Source: Balamuthia mandrillaris
Lineage: Eukaryota
Direction: 5' to 3'
Assembly: GCA_031835245.2 (NCBI GenBank)
Contig: JAVKOQ020000034.1
Location: 124,001-188,000 of the forward strand
Length of the DNA stretch: 64,000 nt
A program made the position numbers and the translations under genes. Of the stretch, positions 11,534 through 24,455 are shown piece after piece (position 1 is the first letter of the stretch; every line of letters starts with the position of its first letter). Under the pieces are notes generated by a model. That model was not told the origin of the DNA. It saw nothing but the letters and a program-made list of their open reading frames with translations, and searched no databases.

Positions 11534-13820
11534 ATGAAACAGCGACGCTGCTGTTTGCTTGTTGTGCTGTTTTTCGGTTTGACGGCGGTGGTGAGCACGT
11601 TGGCCAATAATGCAGAGCGCGTTGAAGAGGCGGAGCAGCAGAAGAGCGTCTCCATGCTCGCCGATCCTTCGGTTCGGTTCTTCTTTCTCCTGACGGCCCT
11701 CTCTCTTTGGGTTGGCTTGGTATACCTCGCGCCAGAGGTCTTCCTATCCTTATCCCTGCTTGGGGTGCTCCTCTCTTTCCTTGTCTTCCCTTCTCCTTCG
11801 CCTGCTCCTCCTCCTCCTTCTCCTCCTCCTCCTTCTCAGAGCGTTGCTCCTTCTGTCTCAAGAGAAGAAGAGGCGGCCACGACGAGTTTGACAAGAGCAA
11901 ACCGGGTCGTCGACGATTCCTTCTTCTATGACGACAGCTTCGACCGCCATAACCGCGCTATAACGCTCCTGGAACAAATCTTTTTGGTGATGGCAGCGGC
12001 CGTTGTGGTGCTCTGCTGCACCTGCTGTTGCTGTTGCTGCCTAAAGTGTTGCCCAGCGGCGACAACGCAGCGCCTGATAGCTCTGTCTGTCTTTCTCTTC
12101 TTCGTCATTCTTCTTGGTGGCAACAGCCACGACGACGACAACAACAACGACGGAGCCGAAGCGGAACAACAACAACTACGGCAAACAGGAAAAGAAGAAG
12201 GAGAGTGTAGACTTGAAGAAGAAGGAGGACAGGAAGAAGAAAGCGAAGCAAAAGGAGAAGGAGAGTTGAGCCTGACTCAGTTTTTGCTGACCATCGGAGG
12301 TGGGTTCATGTTCTTCGTTCTGCTGTTTGGATCGTGTCACACTAGGACGCCATACCTCTCGCACATTTGCATCTTCCTTGCTGCTCTTCTTCTTCTTTTC
12401 CTCTTTTATCCTGATTCTTCTCCTTCTTCACCTTCTTCATCTTCCATCAACATTACTGCCAACATCATAGACTATTCTCAGAACGTCTCGTGGTCTTCTT
12501 CGTTTTCGCTCTCCTCTTCTTCTTTGCTTTCTTCTCTGCCATCGCTTTCATCATTCTCATCGTTGAACGCTGTATTCCGGTGTTTTGCAGAGAGTGTTTC
12601 CTCGGAAGCTACGTTGAAGCAAGAACACGAACAACCTTCTGAAGAACGCGAACAGCAACTGCAACGAGTAAAAGAATTCTTCCACGAGACAGCTCCGCGT
12701 TGGATTCAACACAATCGTATGGTTATAGTCCTTCTTCTCGTTCTTCAACTGGCTTTTATCCAACGGCAAACAATCCGCAAGAGAAGAATGAAAGGAAGGG
12801 CAACCACAGTTCGACCTTCCTTCTTCCTCACTTTTCTAAGCGTAACACATCACACCATCCTCTTCGCATTCTTCCTCGTCTGCCTCGCCTTCTTCGTTGC
12901 TGACGTGCGTTTATCATGGCTGACGGATGGCGTGTCGTGCATTGTCCTAGCGGTTCAAAGGTGCATGACTCCTTTGGTCTTTCTGGCTTGCTTGCTTCGC
13001 ACTTTGGCTTTGTTGATAGAGAGCTGGCGTCAGCGTTTGGAAGAAAAGAAGCAGCAATTCCTGCCGTTTGGGTATTGGTACTTCGAAGCGGTTCTGATCT
13101 TTGTGTATTGGGAGTGTTACGCCATACTATCCCCCTTAAGCTGTATGTACTTTCTCCTTTGATCTTCATTTTCTTGTTCTTGTTCTTGTTCTTGTTCTTC
13201 TTTTTCTTCTTCTTTTTCTTCTTTATTCTCTTTGGTTCCTATTAGCCATTTCATTTTGCTTCACTAACCCTTTACAAACAAAAGCGTCTGTGGTGGCAAG
13301 CGGTCTTAGCCGGTTTGCTTTGCGACTGTACAGCACTTCGCATTTCGTTCGTTACTTTGATCCTTCATTACAAGTCGCAGCTACCCTAATCTCGGCACTT
13401 GTAAACCACTTCCTTTGCTCCTCTCCGTCTTCGTCTTCTCCTTCATCTCCTTTTGAAGAGCCACAAATGGCATCAACTGATGCATCGTCACCATCTTATT
13501 CGTCATCTCCTTACGAACCAGCCTCTTATCTAACCTACCTTGCAGCTATTGTGTTGCTATTGTTGCCTTCCATGATGTTGCGGATAGCTAAAGACGACCA
13601 CAACGCAAAAGAAAAGCGTGGCCAAAGCGAACAGAGTTCCTTTTTCAAGCACCAAGAAGATGAGAACATCTGTAAAATATGCTTCGAGGAGCCCATCAAA
13701 TGCGTTTTCTTGTACGTCCTCTCTTCACTCCTCTGCGCCGATACTCTCTTATCTTTGCTCTCCCTCCGCCTCTCTCTTCCCCGCTTTGCTGCTCCTCTAC
13801 TTCTCTTTCATTTTCTCGCA

Positions 13821-13861
<41 letters not shown>

Positions 13862-14002
13862 TCGCTTTGCTCGTTTCTCATTTCGATTCTCCATAGGACA
13901 TGCGGTCATGCACTGACATGCATGCCATGCGGGAGAGGCTTGTCCCAATGTCCACTCTGCAGGCAACACATCACCAGACCCGTAGAAATGTTTAAAGCTT
14001 AA
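11534..14002 (+). CDS. Multi-pass membrane protein with C-terminal C3HC4 RING finger (E3 ubiquitin ligase)
   Basis: Signal peptide, many hydrophobic segments, spliced RING CKICFEEPIKCVFL|TCGHALTCMPCGRGLSQCPLCRQHI. Confidence 0.85.
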
Positions 14003-14045
14003 AACGTAGTTTGTCGTTTGTATATAAATATAATTGATAACTTAT

Positions 14046-16682
14046 TTATTCATTGTTGTTACTATTGTTTAACAGCTGCTTCCGCCGCTCTTCCCTCGTC
14101 CATAGTTTCACTTTCTTTTGTTGCTGTTTGCTCTCTCGTTCCTGCTCTCGTTCTTTCCTCTTTCTCTCCTTCTCCCGCTTTCTTTGCTCCCTCAACTCTT
14201 TCCGCCATTCCTTCTTCATCAGCCGCTCTTCCTTGGTTGGTTTCAAATAGTTTAGCCGCTTCAACGATGCTAACGCCAATCTTCTCCGCTCATCCATCAC
14301 CGATATATCTCCATGCTTCACTTCTTTTTCTTTGTCATTGTTTGCTGGATCGTCGTCATCATTTCCTTTCGCATCGCTCTCCCCTTCTTCTTCATCTTGA
14401 TCCTCGTCATCAAACGAATGTCCGCCATAAACCCTTTTTCTTGCTGCTTCTGCCATTTTCCTGATTTCTTCTTCCTTTGCTGTTTCGGGTGACAGTTCTA
14501 CTCTTTCTGTTCGTTGAGGAGAGGGAAGAGAAAGCAGAGTAGGAGGAGGAAGAAATGAAGGTGGTTCTGCTTTTCGTGCGGAGGAAGCCTTGTTTGAAGT
14601 TACTCTGTTGCGTCGTTTTTTTAGTCGGTTGTTTCTTTTTAGTTCGCGTATTTGCAAGCGCTGTTGTCGTCGTTCTTCTCGCAACACCTTTCGCTTCTGT
14701 CTTCGCTCTTCTTTTAGCTGCCTGACTTTTGGTTTTCCATTCTTTTTATCTTGCTCTTTTGTCCCTTCTTCACTCTCTCTTTGCTCTTGTCGCTTCAATG
14801 CATCCGCAACGAGTTCCAACCCAAGCTCCTTCAAGTAATCAAACCCTCCGATGCGCATACCGAAAATTGCAGGTACGTGCTGGTTATTGTTCTTTGCATT
14901 TTCACTGTTATTCTTTGCCGACTCTGTTCTCTCTACGAAGGTTTTAGCTTTTTCTTCTCGTTTCGTAGATTCTTTCTGTCGTGGCGTGGAACTGGAGGAG
15001 AGTTTTACGGTATGCGGTACGTTCGTCTTGGTCAAGTTGGAAAGAGGCGAAAAGGAAGACGTTAGATAAGGGCTAGCGGTAGTAAAAGGGAGAGGAGAAG
15101 AAGGAGAATTGATGAGGTAATGCGGCTGAGAGCTTCGGTTCGATTGTGTGTTGTTCGAGACGTGGTTTATCTGTGGCTTGGTTTTTTGTTGTGGGAGAAG
15201 TAGTTGGTGAGGTGTTTGTGGTTCTGCTGGTGTTGGTGTTTGTGGTTGTGATTGCGATGGGCGTTGGGTGGAAACCGAGGGAGAGGCAACAGAGGAAGAA
15301 GCCGTAAGGGCATTGGTATAACACAAGGCCAACAGGTGGCGGACGAGATGGAGGATCTTCTCGTGCTGGGCAGGGTCGGTGTGCTGAAGAACTGAGAGCA
15401 TATCGTGTTGGGAGGAGAGGTTTTTGAGGAGTTGCAGGAGCTCGACTTGGCTGGAGAGTGTCTCTGGGTGCACGGCCTCCTGCAACAGCGAGGCAAGAGA
15501 TTCTGTCTGGGATGACAATGATTGAAGAAGTTGGTGTGGCGGCTGTTGGGGCTGTGGTAATTCCTGTACTTGTTGTTGGTTCTGCAGTTGATCAGTGGTG
15601 CGGTGTTGTGGTTCTCCTGGGCTTTGGCGAACATGCTGAGGTTGTGGCTGCAACACTTCTTGACGTTCATATTGCTGGGTTTGGAGCGTCAATTTTTTTT
15701 GTAGCTGTTGCTCTAGCGACTTTTGCAGTTGTTGCTCCTGCAAGTATCGTAGTTGTACTTGTCGCTGTTCTTCCCATCGTTTCAGCAATTCACTTTCTTT
15801 CATTTGACGCTCTCGCTCTTCCTCCTGTTCTTTCACCCTTCTTTGTTCCTCCTGCAGCTGATGTAGGCGTTGTAGTTGCAAGAGCTGTTGCTGCTGTTGG
15901 CATTGGACCTTAAGTTGCTGCAGCACTTCCATTTGCTTCAAGAAAGCGGCTTGTGTTTGTGCCTGTACCTTTTGCTGGAGCACCTGCTCCTGCTGCTTTT
16001 GGTCATTGATGAGGCAAAGCAACTCCTGCACAAGCGGTTGCTGGTCTGAAGCGTCCACTTGGCGTTCTTGCTCCCGCCCAACCCCCACAGCTCTTGTCCA
16101 CATCGGTGAAGAGGTGTTACCATTTGTTGCGGCAGGGTTGTTGTTGGTAGCATTGGGGAGGTTTCTGGCTAAGGATAGAGGTGGCTGTTTAGGTCGTTGT
16201 TGTGACACCGTTGGTGATAAATGAGGCTGGTTTGTTTTTTGTTGCTGTGATGGTGTTTGCTTTTGCTGTGGTTGAGGCTGTGTGGGATTTGTTTGTCTTG
16301 GCAAACGTAGGGGAAGAGGAGATGCAGTAGTGGGAATGCTGCCAGTTGCTCCCGTCGTTCTTGTTGCTGTCGCTCCTTCGGCTATCGTTGCTGGAGAGTA
16401 GACGAGCGTGCCGCCAATGACAGGAGGTGATGGGTTGGAGGACAAGGCAGCCAGAGCGGAGAAGGAAAGAGCAAGGTTATTGGCTGGCGCGATACGGCGG
16501 ATGGTGCTTGGTCGAGGCGGGCGCACTCCATCACGACCTTCAACCAACCAAGAAGAAGAAAAAGTTGTTCGTAAGTTCATGAAAACGAAAAAAGAAAAGT
16601 TCCTTTTTTTGCTTTTACCTAACTGCTTTCTTAAGGCGGGAGCCTGAGCAGCGGACGTGGTTACGCTGGTGCTTGTTGCCAT
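14046..16682 (-). CDS. Gln/Pro/Ser-rich low-complexity coiled-coil protein of unknown function
   Basis: 878-aa open frame, probably containing one short in-frame intron near 16545-16615; poly-Q and Lys/Arg/Glu-rich C-terminus. Confidence 0.65.
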   Translation of the reverse strand: MATSTSVTTSAAQAPALRKQLGKSKKRNFSFFVFMNLRTTFSSSWLVEGRDGVRPPRPSTIRRIAPANNLALSFSALAALSSNPSPPVIGGTLVYSPATIAEGATATRTTGATGSIPTTASPLPLRLPRQTNPTQPQPQQKQTPSQQQKTNQPHLSPTVSQQRPKQPPLSLARNLPNATNNNPAATNGNTSSPMWTRAVGVGREQERQVDASDQQPLVQELLCLINDQKQQEQVLQQKVQAQTQAAFLKQMEVLQQLKVQCQQQQQLLQLQRLHQLQEEQRRVKEQEEERERQMKESELLKRWEEQRQVQLRYLQEQQLQKSLEQQLQKKLTLQTQQYERQEVLQPQPQHVRQSPGEPQHRTTDQLQNQQQVQELPQPQQPPHQLLQSLSSQTESLASLLQEAVHPETLSSQVELLQLLKNLSSQHDMLSVLQHTDPAQHEKILHLVRHLLALCYTNALTASSSVASPSVSTQRPSQSQPQTPTPAEPQTPHQLLLPQQKTKPQINHVSNNTQSNRSSQPHYLINSPSSPLPFTTASPYLTSSFSPLSNLTKTNVPHTVKLSSSSTPRQKESTKREEKAKTFVERTESAKNNSENAKNNNQHVPAIFGMRIGGFDYLKELGLELVADALKRQEQRESEEGTKEQDKKNGKPKVRQLKEERRQKRKVLREERRQQRLQIRELKRNNRLKKRRNRVTSNKASSARKAEPPSFLPPPTLLSLPSPQRTERVELSPETAKEEEIRKMAEAARKRVYGGHSFDDEDQDEEEGESDAKGNDDDDPANNDKEKEVKHGDISVMDERRRLALASLKRLNYLKPTKEERLMKKEWRKELREQRKREKERKRKEREQERESKQQQKKVKLWTREERRKQLLNNSNNNE

Positions 16683-17631
16683 TTCTCACTTTAACATACC
16701 GCGTTTAGTTGTTTGTCTCCGGGTCAGCGGACGAGGAGCTACTTTCTTCCACGGTGTATTCGGTAAGATGGAGTACTGCCCGGACAATCGCAGAGAAGCT
16801 GCAGCGAACAATGTAGCATAACAACATATAAATAAGAAGGAAAATAAAACAGCAGAAAGTTAGAGCGACGAAAGAAACGAACGTAGCGCAGCAGGGTGCC
16901 TTTACCGCGTTCACGCCCTAAAGTAGCTCTCTCGCGGAGCGGGAGCGTTCTCCGCTACTCTTGACCAAGTGACGCGTGCCTCAAGCTATCGCAACAACGG
17001 AGAGGATCAAGAACGCTGCGCTGCTTATTTTCGTTTTCCTTGTCTCCGTTGTCAACCTGCAGCAAAACAAACACGTATTCGGAGCTCCAAGGCTTGTCGC
17101 TTCTTTCTTCTTCTGCCTTCTTCGTCTTCTTCAGCCTCCGGCTACTCCCAACTTTCTTCTTCTTCTTCTTCTCCCGGCTATTTGCTCAGCGAACCAATAG
17201 AGGAAGGTCTGTTGAAGACTTGGATTGGGTAGGGATTTTGCGGACTTTGAATAGTTAATCTCCGGGCCAATCGTGAGGAACTTTCGGGACATTAGGTTCT
17301 TTTTCTTTTTCTTTTTTTTTTTTTTTTTGTTGTGCCCACTTGAAAGAGGGGGAAAACAAACCCCAACGTTGCCGTTTGCCTTTCCGTCCGCGCACGCTGT
17401 TTGCGAAGAACATTCCTGCCCAAAGGGTCGACGTGCCCCACACAAAAAACCGGAAACCAAGGTCTTGGCGGGAAACAGTTTTTTTCTGCGACCGCTTTTT
17501 TTTTTTTGGTTGGTTTCGTTCACAAACCATGTCGTCCCGTATCGATTTTGTGCAGACTTGATATTTGCAGACATTTACCTGCCGCCTCTGGAAAGTAACA
17601 ACGAGAGACAGCAACAAGAACGACGACCAGA

Positions 17632-18207
17632 ATGAGGCGAGTAGGCTTGTTGTTTGCAGCCTTGGCAGGAAGTTGTGCTGCCATGGCTTCCGTATTTGGC
17701 AAGCTGGCCATGGACTCGAGCATCGCGCAGACCACGTGGCGTCCTCTGGCCGGGTGGTCTCTCACAAACCTGAACACCACCACCTCCTCTTTCAGCCTTG
17801 ACGACAACGCAATTCTCTTTTCCGTTCTTGACCATTCCATCTCCCTTTTGGATGGCTTCGTCATCGCCTTGCGGCTCCTTTGCTTTGGTCTATTCTTCCT
17901 CAGCAACCTGTTGATGTGGAACATGTTCGTAAAGTCCCTGAACAACACCTCCTCCTCCCTGGTTCCCACCGTTATCAACACCGCCACAAACTTCTTCCTC
18001 AGTGCCGTTTTGGCGTGGCTCCTCTTTGACGAGTCCCTTTCGTGGACTTGGGCCTTTGGTGCCTCTTTCATCCTGGTCGGCCTTGTTCTTATCTCCCGCT
18101 CCACCACTGAGGAAGTAGAGGAGAAGCAAAGCACTGCCAAAGCAACACAGAGCAAAAAGCCTCCTACTCCTGCCATCAGCAAAAGCAAATATAATAAAGT
18201 GGACTAA
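17632..18207 (+). CDS. TMEM42: TMEM42-like small DMT/EamA-type membrane protein
   Basis: AALAGSCAAMASVFGKLA and NLLMWNMFVKSL...TVINTATNFFLSAVLAWLLFDESLSWTWAFGASFILVGLVLI match the TMEM42 pattern. Confidence 0.75.
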   Translation: MRRVGLLFAALAGSCAAMASVFGKLAMDSSIAQTTWRPLAGWSLTNLNTTTSSFSLDDNAILFSVLDHSISLLDGFVIALRLLCFGLFFLSNLLMWNMFVKSLNNTSSSLVPTVINTATNFFLSAVLAWLLFDESLSWTWAFGASFILVGLVLISRSTTEEVEEKQSTAKATQSKKPPTPAISKSKYNKVD

Positions 18208-18442
18208 TGCGAGAGAAGAAAAAGAAATGGATGTAAAGCAAAATGTTCTTCCTGCTCTCTCTGTCTGCTGGCCGTACGTTGTGGTCGGAGCTGTTTCAAT
18301 TGCTTCTTTCGTTCTTCCCATCCCTGTCGTGTCGTCGTGACATATTTTTTCTGTCGACAATATAATGACCAGATTAGTTGCACAAATGTTGCAGTGAGTG
18401 AACAGCACAAGAAGAGAAACGACAAAAAAAAAAAGCAACAAG

Positions 18443-18876
18443 ATGGAATGGCTGAAAGGAGTGTTTGGGCTCGGGGAGGAGCCGCGAGAAGGGCCTTCGC
18501 AGGCACAACTCGATTTCATGGCCGCGCAATACGAAGCGATGTTCATTCAAAAGATGTACGACAGGTACTGACTGACCACCGCATACATACTTTTATTTTT
18601 TTCTCTCGCTCTTTGAGTGAAGATTTTGTTGTCGATGATGATGATGAGGCTGAACACACACACACACAAAGACTTTCGGTAACTTGCTGGGAAAAGTGTA
18701 TAAACAAAGACTTTGTGGAGGAAGAGCTGAACCTCGGAGAGAAGCTCTGCACGGAGCGGTGTACTCGCAAATACGTCCAGGTGCACAACATCGGTCGTCG
18801 CATCATGCAAAGAGGACCGCAACAACAACAACAGCAACAAAAATCATTCTTGCAACAACAAACACAAAGCCTTTAG
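18443..18876 (+). CDS. TIM10: Small Tim intermembrane-space chaperone (Tim10-like), 2 exons
   Basis: MEWLKG...AAQYEAMFIQKMYDR|LSVTCWEKCINKDFVEEELNLGEKLCTERCTRKY: twin CX3C motif. Confidence 0.8.
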
Positions 18877-18993
18877 TTCGTTTCTATTTTTCCACCTAAA
18901 ACCATTTTTTTGCTTATGTTTGTTCTGTTTTCCGTTGTCGTTCTCTTTCTTCGTTTCTCTTTCTCTTTCTTCGTTTCTCTTTTTTTGTTATTA

Positions 18994-21900
18994 TTATATT
19001 TTGAGAACGTTCCTCCAAGAATTAAAGAGCTGAGGATGAAGTGCAATGGTATCGTACATGCCTCTTTGGTACTGTCTCAACTCCTCCACCAGTTGAGAGA
19101 GTTTGTGATGCTTCTCCAAGTTGATGTGCTTTTGAGAGGTCTCATTCGGTTTCTTCTCCAGCTTTTCCATTTGCACTCGAAACGTTTCTGTTGTATCACT
19201 CTTTGTTAGGGAGAGTGAGAGAGAAGGAAGAGACAGAGCAGAGAGAAAGAGAAGAGAGAGAAGTCACCGATCCAAGGGATACAAGGAGGGAAGCAACGAT
19301 TGACAGCGGTTTGATAAGCCAGATAGTTTTGGTTCTTGTCTATCAACCGACCAATGCTGGTGAAGATGGTAGTAAACCCAACTGACTTCTGCTTGTGTTG
19401 TGGTTATATTTCAGAGAGAAGAGAAGCGATGTGGAGAGGCAGAGAAGACTCACCTTTCTGGAACTATCACCAAGAGTCCCTTTGAGCTTGCAAAGCTTAA
19501 CGAATTCATCAAAACGATCTTTGAGGCCGTCCTGAAGGCCCATCATTATATCAAACACAGCCATAAAGTTGTTCAGCTCAGCACATTCCTTTTCTTATAC
19601 TGTTAAGCAAAAAAAAAAAAAAAAAGGAAGAGAGCAAAGAATATGTACGTAAGCCACAAGACACAAATGGTGAAAGACATCCACAGAGCATTTGTCGTTA
19701 TTGCCGTTCACTTCATCAGCCACCCATCCGCGAAGCTATTAAAACGTTTCATGGAAGAGAATAAGAAAAAGGATAAGAAGATAGAGAAAAAGATAAAAGA
19801 GAAAAAGGAAGTTTTACCGCTTTAGCAACTTGAACCATTCTTGCAAAATAAGTGGTTGCAGAACGAGAGGCAGTAAGAGAAGATAACGTATGGGTAGGGC
19901 CAAAAGTGTTATGATTGCCTGTTGAGGATGAAAAACTTGCTTTCGCCTTCATGAAAGATGAGCTCAGTGCCGAAGTTGAAGCAGAAAGATTTGTGGAAGT
20001 TGTTGGAGAGGATGATGGAGAATTCAACAAACGGAGATAGCCCAAAAGATCGTTTGAGGTGATCTTTTTGAAGAGAGCATGTTGAAGCAGAGTCAGCTGA
20101 CGAGCGAGTTCGACAGGTGTTGCGGTGAGGATCCAATCCTTGTTGGGAGGGGTGAAGGTAAGGGAAGGAAAGCTTGGATAGCCTTCCATCTTGTTGGCCT
20201 CGGATTTCTATATTATTGAGCTGGTAAGAAACATAGAAACAAAACATGAAAGAAAGGAAAGGAGAGAGACCAATAGAAGAAAAGCATCTTTGATGCTGGT
20301 GGCCAGAATGCTCATTCCAGCTTGACTCATAGTAGTATTAAGAAACTGAAGTAGTTGCTGTTCCATGCTTCGATCCGTAACAAATATACTTCCATTCAGC
20401 GCCACCCACGTTCGCACTATATTTGCTATTCTGTTGTGAAAAAACAGAGTTAAGTACAAAGAAGACAACAAAAACCAGAAAAAGAAAAAGTACCTAACAC
20501 AAAGAGCTTCATCCTTTCCAGCAGCACGTTTGAACCTAATTTAAAGGACATAACCATGAGCACGTAGAAAGCGGCGAAAAGAAGTGAAAACGGAGAACAA
20601 AAACGTACTTGGAAGAAAGAACATCAAGAAGGGTTGAAGCACTCGTAAAACATGGGTAAGTATTGATATAGTCTATAATGAACTGAGGTACTATTGCCAT
20701 AAGGTTTTGGTGTTTGGAAAGATGCAAACGGAGAAATAAGCATAGAAGAAAGAAGAACTTGAAGCGAGAAAGAGAAGAACGAAGAAAGATACCAGGAGCG
20801 CTTTCCAGCAACAAAAAGTCTAACAACATGGATTCTTGTCCTACTTTCACAAGTGATTGCCTGCACTTCTTCTCTTTGTTTTTATCACTGCTGCTTCTGC
20901 GTTGTCCGATGGACACCGCCTCAGTGTTAAAAAGCGAGGTTGGAGGGGCGTCCTGAAGAAGAGATAATGATGCAGAGGACGAAGAAGGGGAAAGGGAAGG
21001 TGCGAACGATGAAGGTGGAAGAGCAGAGGAAGAAAACGACTCTCCGCTTTCATTAGTTGAAGAAAGCTTATTACTGGCTAACCATTTTTCTTCTGTTTTG
21101 AAAGAAGCAAAGGGGGAAGAAGTCGAAGAAGTTGATGAAGAAGGAGTGGAACGAGTTGGGGTTGACCATTGAGCTGCTATTAATGGAGACGAAGGACGCG
21201 AAGTATTATTGTTATTATTGTTGCTGGGAAGAATGGCAGGAGAGAACGGAGGAGAAGAGGAAAGTGGAGTAGACGAAGAGGATGATACAGAAGGAAAAGA
21301 ACCGGACGACGTTGGAGTGAGTGGGGTGGTTTGTTGAGAGTTTTGCAGGCTTTGACGTTCGTTTAGTAACGACTGTTGATACACATAAACCAGCAAAATA
21401 TAAGCAATATAAAATAAACGCTTAGAAGAAAGAAAAGAAGAGAAAAAGAAAAGCAAAAAGAAAAGTAAAGAAAGAAAACAAGTGTTAAAGGTACCTCTAT
21501 TTGAGCTTTTAGCTGAGTGACTGTAGATGAGAGGCGATAAACATGTTCTCCTAAACTTGTGAATCGAAGCAGGAGTGACTGGTTCGCCAGCTGTTAAAAG
21601 TTTATGCGAGTAATTGTTGGTGATACTGATAGTGAGGAGAAAAGTAAAAAGAAATACAAACCTCAAGCTCAACAACTCGGTCCTGAAGTTCTTCTTTGTG
21701 CAGATCACTTATACGAAACAGAATTTCTTCTTTCTGTTATGTGTGTTTGGAACGGAGTGTTTTTTAAAAAAAGAAGAAACAAAGAAGAGGAAGGCTAAGA
21801 AGTACGAGAACAGAGAGAGAATGTAGCAAAGAAGAACAAGAATAGAGAGAATGAAGGAGGAGTAGAAACAACGAGGCGCCACACATACGGTGAGAAGGTC

Positions 21901-22115
21901 ACGAGTCGCTTGCTTGTGCAAAGTATTAATGTTTTCCAACAGACGCAACGGCGCCCAAGTCCACTCCGTGCTGAGTGTCCTGGACCTTTCCTTCGTTTCC
22001 TCTTGCTATAAAAATCATGTTATAACATTTAGCTTATTTAACTGCAAACACCACGAATAATACACGGATAACAAAACAAAGTACGTACTTTGAGGTTCTT
22101 TACAGTGGCGGCCAT
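18994..22115 (-). CDS. RasGEF (REM + CDC25 domain) protein, many exons
   Basis: FIIDYINTYPCFTSASTLLDVL (REM), RIANIVRTWV, ATPVELARQLTLLQHALFKKIT (CDC25 start), KHINLEKHHKLSQLVEELRQYQ (CDC25 end). Start codon uncertain. Confidence 0.8.
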
Positions 22116-22354
22116 CTCTGGGTCGTCTATGTTCCTTCTGGCCTTCTTCTTTGGTCCTTCTTTTTTTCCCCTTGTAATGCCGTTCATTTATCGTCACATT
22201 AATGAATAGTTAAATTATTGCCAATATTTTGTCGATGCTAACTTACACGAAAGAGGTCATTCTTTGTCCATTTCGTTCTCGCATCAGGAGTGCGTGATGT
22301 GTTGAGAGAAGGACTGTAACCGTCTCCAAGTTGGGTGTCGATAGTAATGATAAA

Positions 22355-23405
22355 TTATCGCAAAAATCTAGAAACGGCTTTTCGCTCGGGTTCGGTTAGC
22401 TCTGGATGCCAAACGTCCACCAGTAACACCACTCGGTCTTCCGTTCCTTGATGGATGACTTCATGCACGAAAGAGTCATCAAATACAAGGCACTATTCAA
22501 AGAATAAGCATAAGAGTGGAGAAGAAGACGAGAGAATGTGGAAAAGAGAATGAACCTGTCCTTCTTCCCATGTTCTAGATTCCTTCGCAACGATAAGTTT
22601 ACAATCGGGGGATGCCTTGAGGCCCAAATGACACCGCAACTTCACGTTGGCAGGTCCGAAGTGAGGGGTAATGCGTGTTCCTGATTTTACCACCGAGAAG
22701 TAGGCATAACCCAAGGCGCTGCACAAAAACATCAGTCGAGAGAAAATGAGAAAAGAACAAGCAGAGTAGGTAGAACGAACGAGAGAAGGAACAGAGGAAC
22801 GAACCATTGTTGCATGAACTCGGGCATCTCTTCCAAGAGCCTTGTGGTGATAGGTGCCAACGCACAGGTCTTCTCCTGTTTGACTCCCTCCTTCCACAGG
22901 TTGAAAGCGGACCACTCCCCACCGTAATTCGATGATGGAATAACAATTCGTTCCTCTGACCCTGCTAAACAATGTTTTGTTAGAAGAAAGGTGAAGCAAA
23001 AATAATAACAATAACAAAAAAAAGGAGAACAAGAGAAACCTTTCTGTAACGTTTCATATTCTTGCAGAATGACGTGCCAGTGCTGGCTCAGAACGGTTGT
23101 AAAAGAAAAGTCTCTGACATGAAAAGGAGAGAATGTTTATATAACGAAAGAATCCAAAAAAAAAAAGCGACAACACTCTCTTACTCGGGGTCATGCCAGG
23201 GTTTTGCCGAGAGCTCAGGATAATACATAAAGGTGGGCCTCTGCAAAGGCGGGGCAGGGCTCGGCCGCCGTTCCCCGGCGAGGAACATTTGCACGGCTTC
23301 GCGTAACCTAGGTGGGCTTTGCTCCATGTACATGGCTAGTTCTGCTTCTCTCTCGCAGAGGTCCGCTGCTTCTTTGTCTCTTTCCTCAGAGGACGCATTC
23401 TCCAT
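22355..23405 (-). CDS. Aspartyl/asparaginyl beta-hydroxylase-domain 2OG-Fe(II) oxygenase
   Basis: YPELSAKPWHDP, YAYFSVVKSGTRITPHFGPANVKLRCHLGL, RTWEEG, DDSFVHEV...RVVLLVDVWHPEL. Confidence 0.85.
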
Positions 23406-23574
23406 TTGCTTTTTTCTTTTTTTGTTGATCTGGCATAAAAAATATATGTCGACATTAAAGGCCTGTGTTGTCGACACAACCCGCTGCACAAATTGTTGAA
23501 TCTTTGTGCACCATTGAAGCAGCGATTGTCGACAAAAACACAGACAAAGACGACACGAAAAAGAAACAGAAAAG

Positions 23575-24423
23575 ATGAGAAGCAACTTGCCGCCAACGTC
23601 ACCGAGAAGCGGTCTCTCTCAACGAGGCCGTTGGGCCTTGGTTGTGGTTGTACTTGCAGCTGTGACATGCCATGGTTGGGCGTCCAGCGTGGGTGCGACC
23701 CCCAACCAGCAGCGTGCGGTCATCCCGACCCTGGGCTATCGGGTGATGCATGAGTATCATCACGACTCGGAGGCCTTCACGCAAGGCCTCCTCTACGACC
23801 CATCGCAAAAGAACATTTTGTATGAAGGTAAAACCCCAGGGATAACCCTCCAAGCCAAGGTTTTTTGTTTTATGTTGAACGTTCTTTCATTAACCATTCT
23901 CTCTGTCTCTGTCTCTGTCTGTCTCTGTCTCTCTGTCTGTCTCTGTCTCTGTCTCTGTCTCTGTCTCTGTCTCTGTCTCTGTCTCTGTCTCTGTCTCTGT
24001 CTCTGTCTCTGTCTCTGTCTCTTCCTCAGGAACGGGTCTCTACTACTCCAGCACCCTTCGCAAAGTAGACCTCCGCACGGGGCATGTCCAACAAAGCGTA
24101 GCCCTGCCGGAACGCGTCTTTGGGGAGGGCATAACCATCTGGCAGGGAGATGTCCTCTTCCAGCTGACCTGGACCTCCCGCAAGATCTACAAGTACCGCA
24201 AGCACGACCTGGCGCTGCTGCATACCTACGACTCACCCCTAAGGCAGGGATGGGGCATCACCACAACGGAGGATCAGAGCGCGTTGGTGCTGAGCGACGG
24301 CAGTCATAATCTCTATTTCTTTGACCCGGAGACGATGCACAAGAGGAAGACGGTGGCAGTCACGGGAGTTGCCAACCCAAGATGGAATGAATTGGAATGG
24401 ATCAATGGTAGCATCACTTTTTT

Positions 24424-24455
<32 letters not shown>

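Noticed and set aside
16705..17620. Several short overlapping ORFs between the Gln-rich gene and TMEM42
   Set aside because: No domain similarity or consistent exon chain; more likely UTR/promoter sequence (CCAAT and GTCGAC present).
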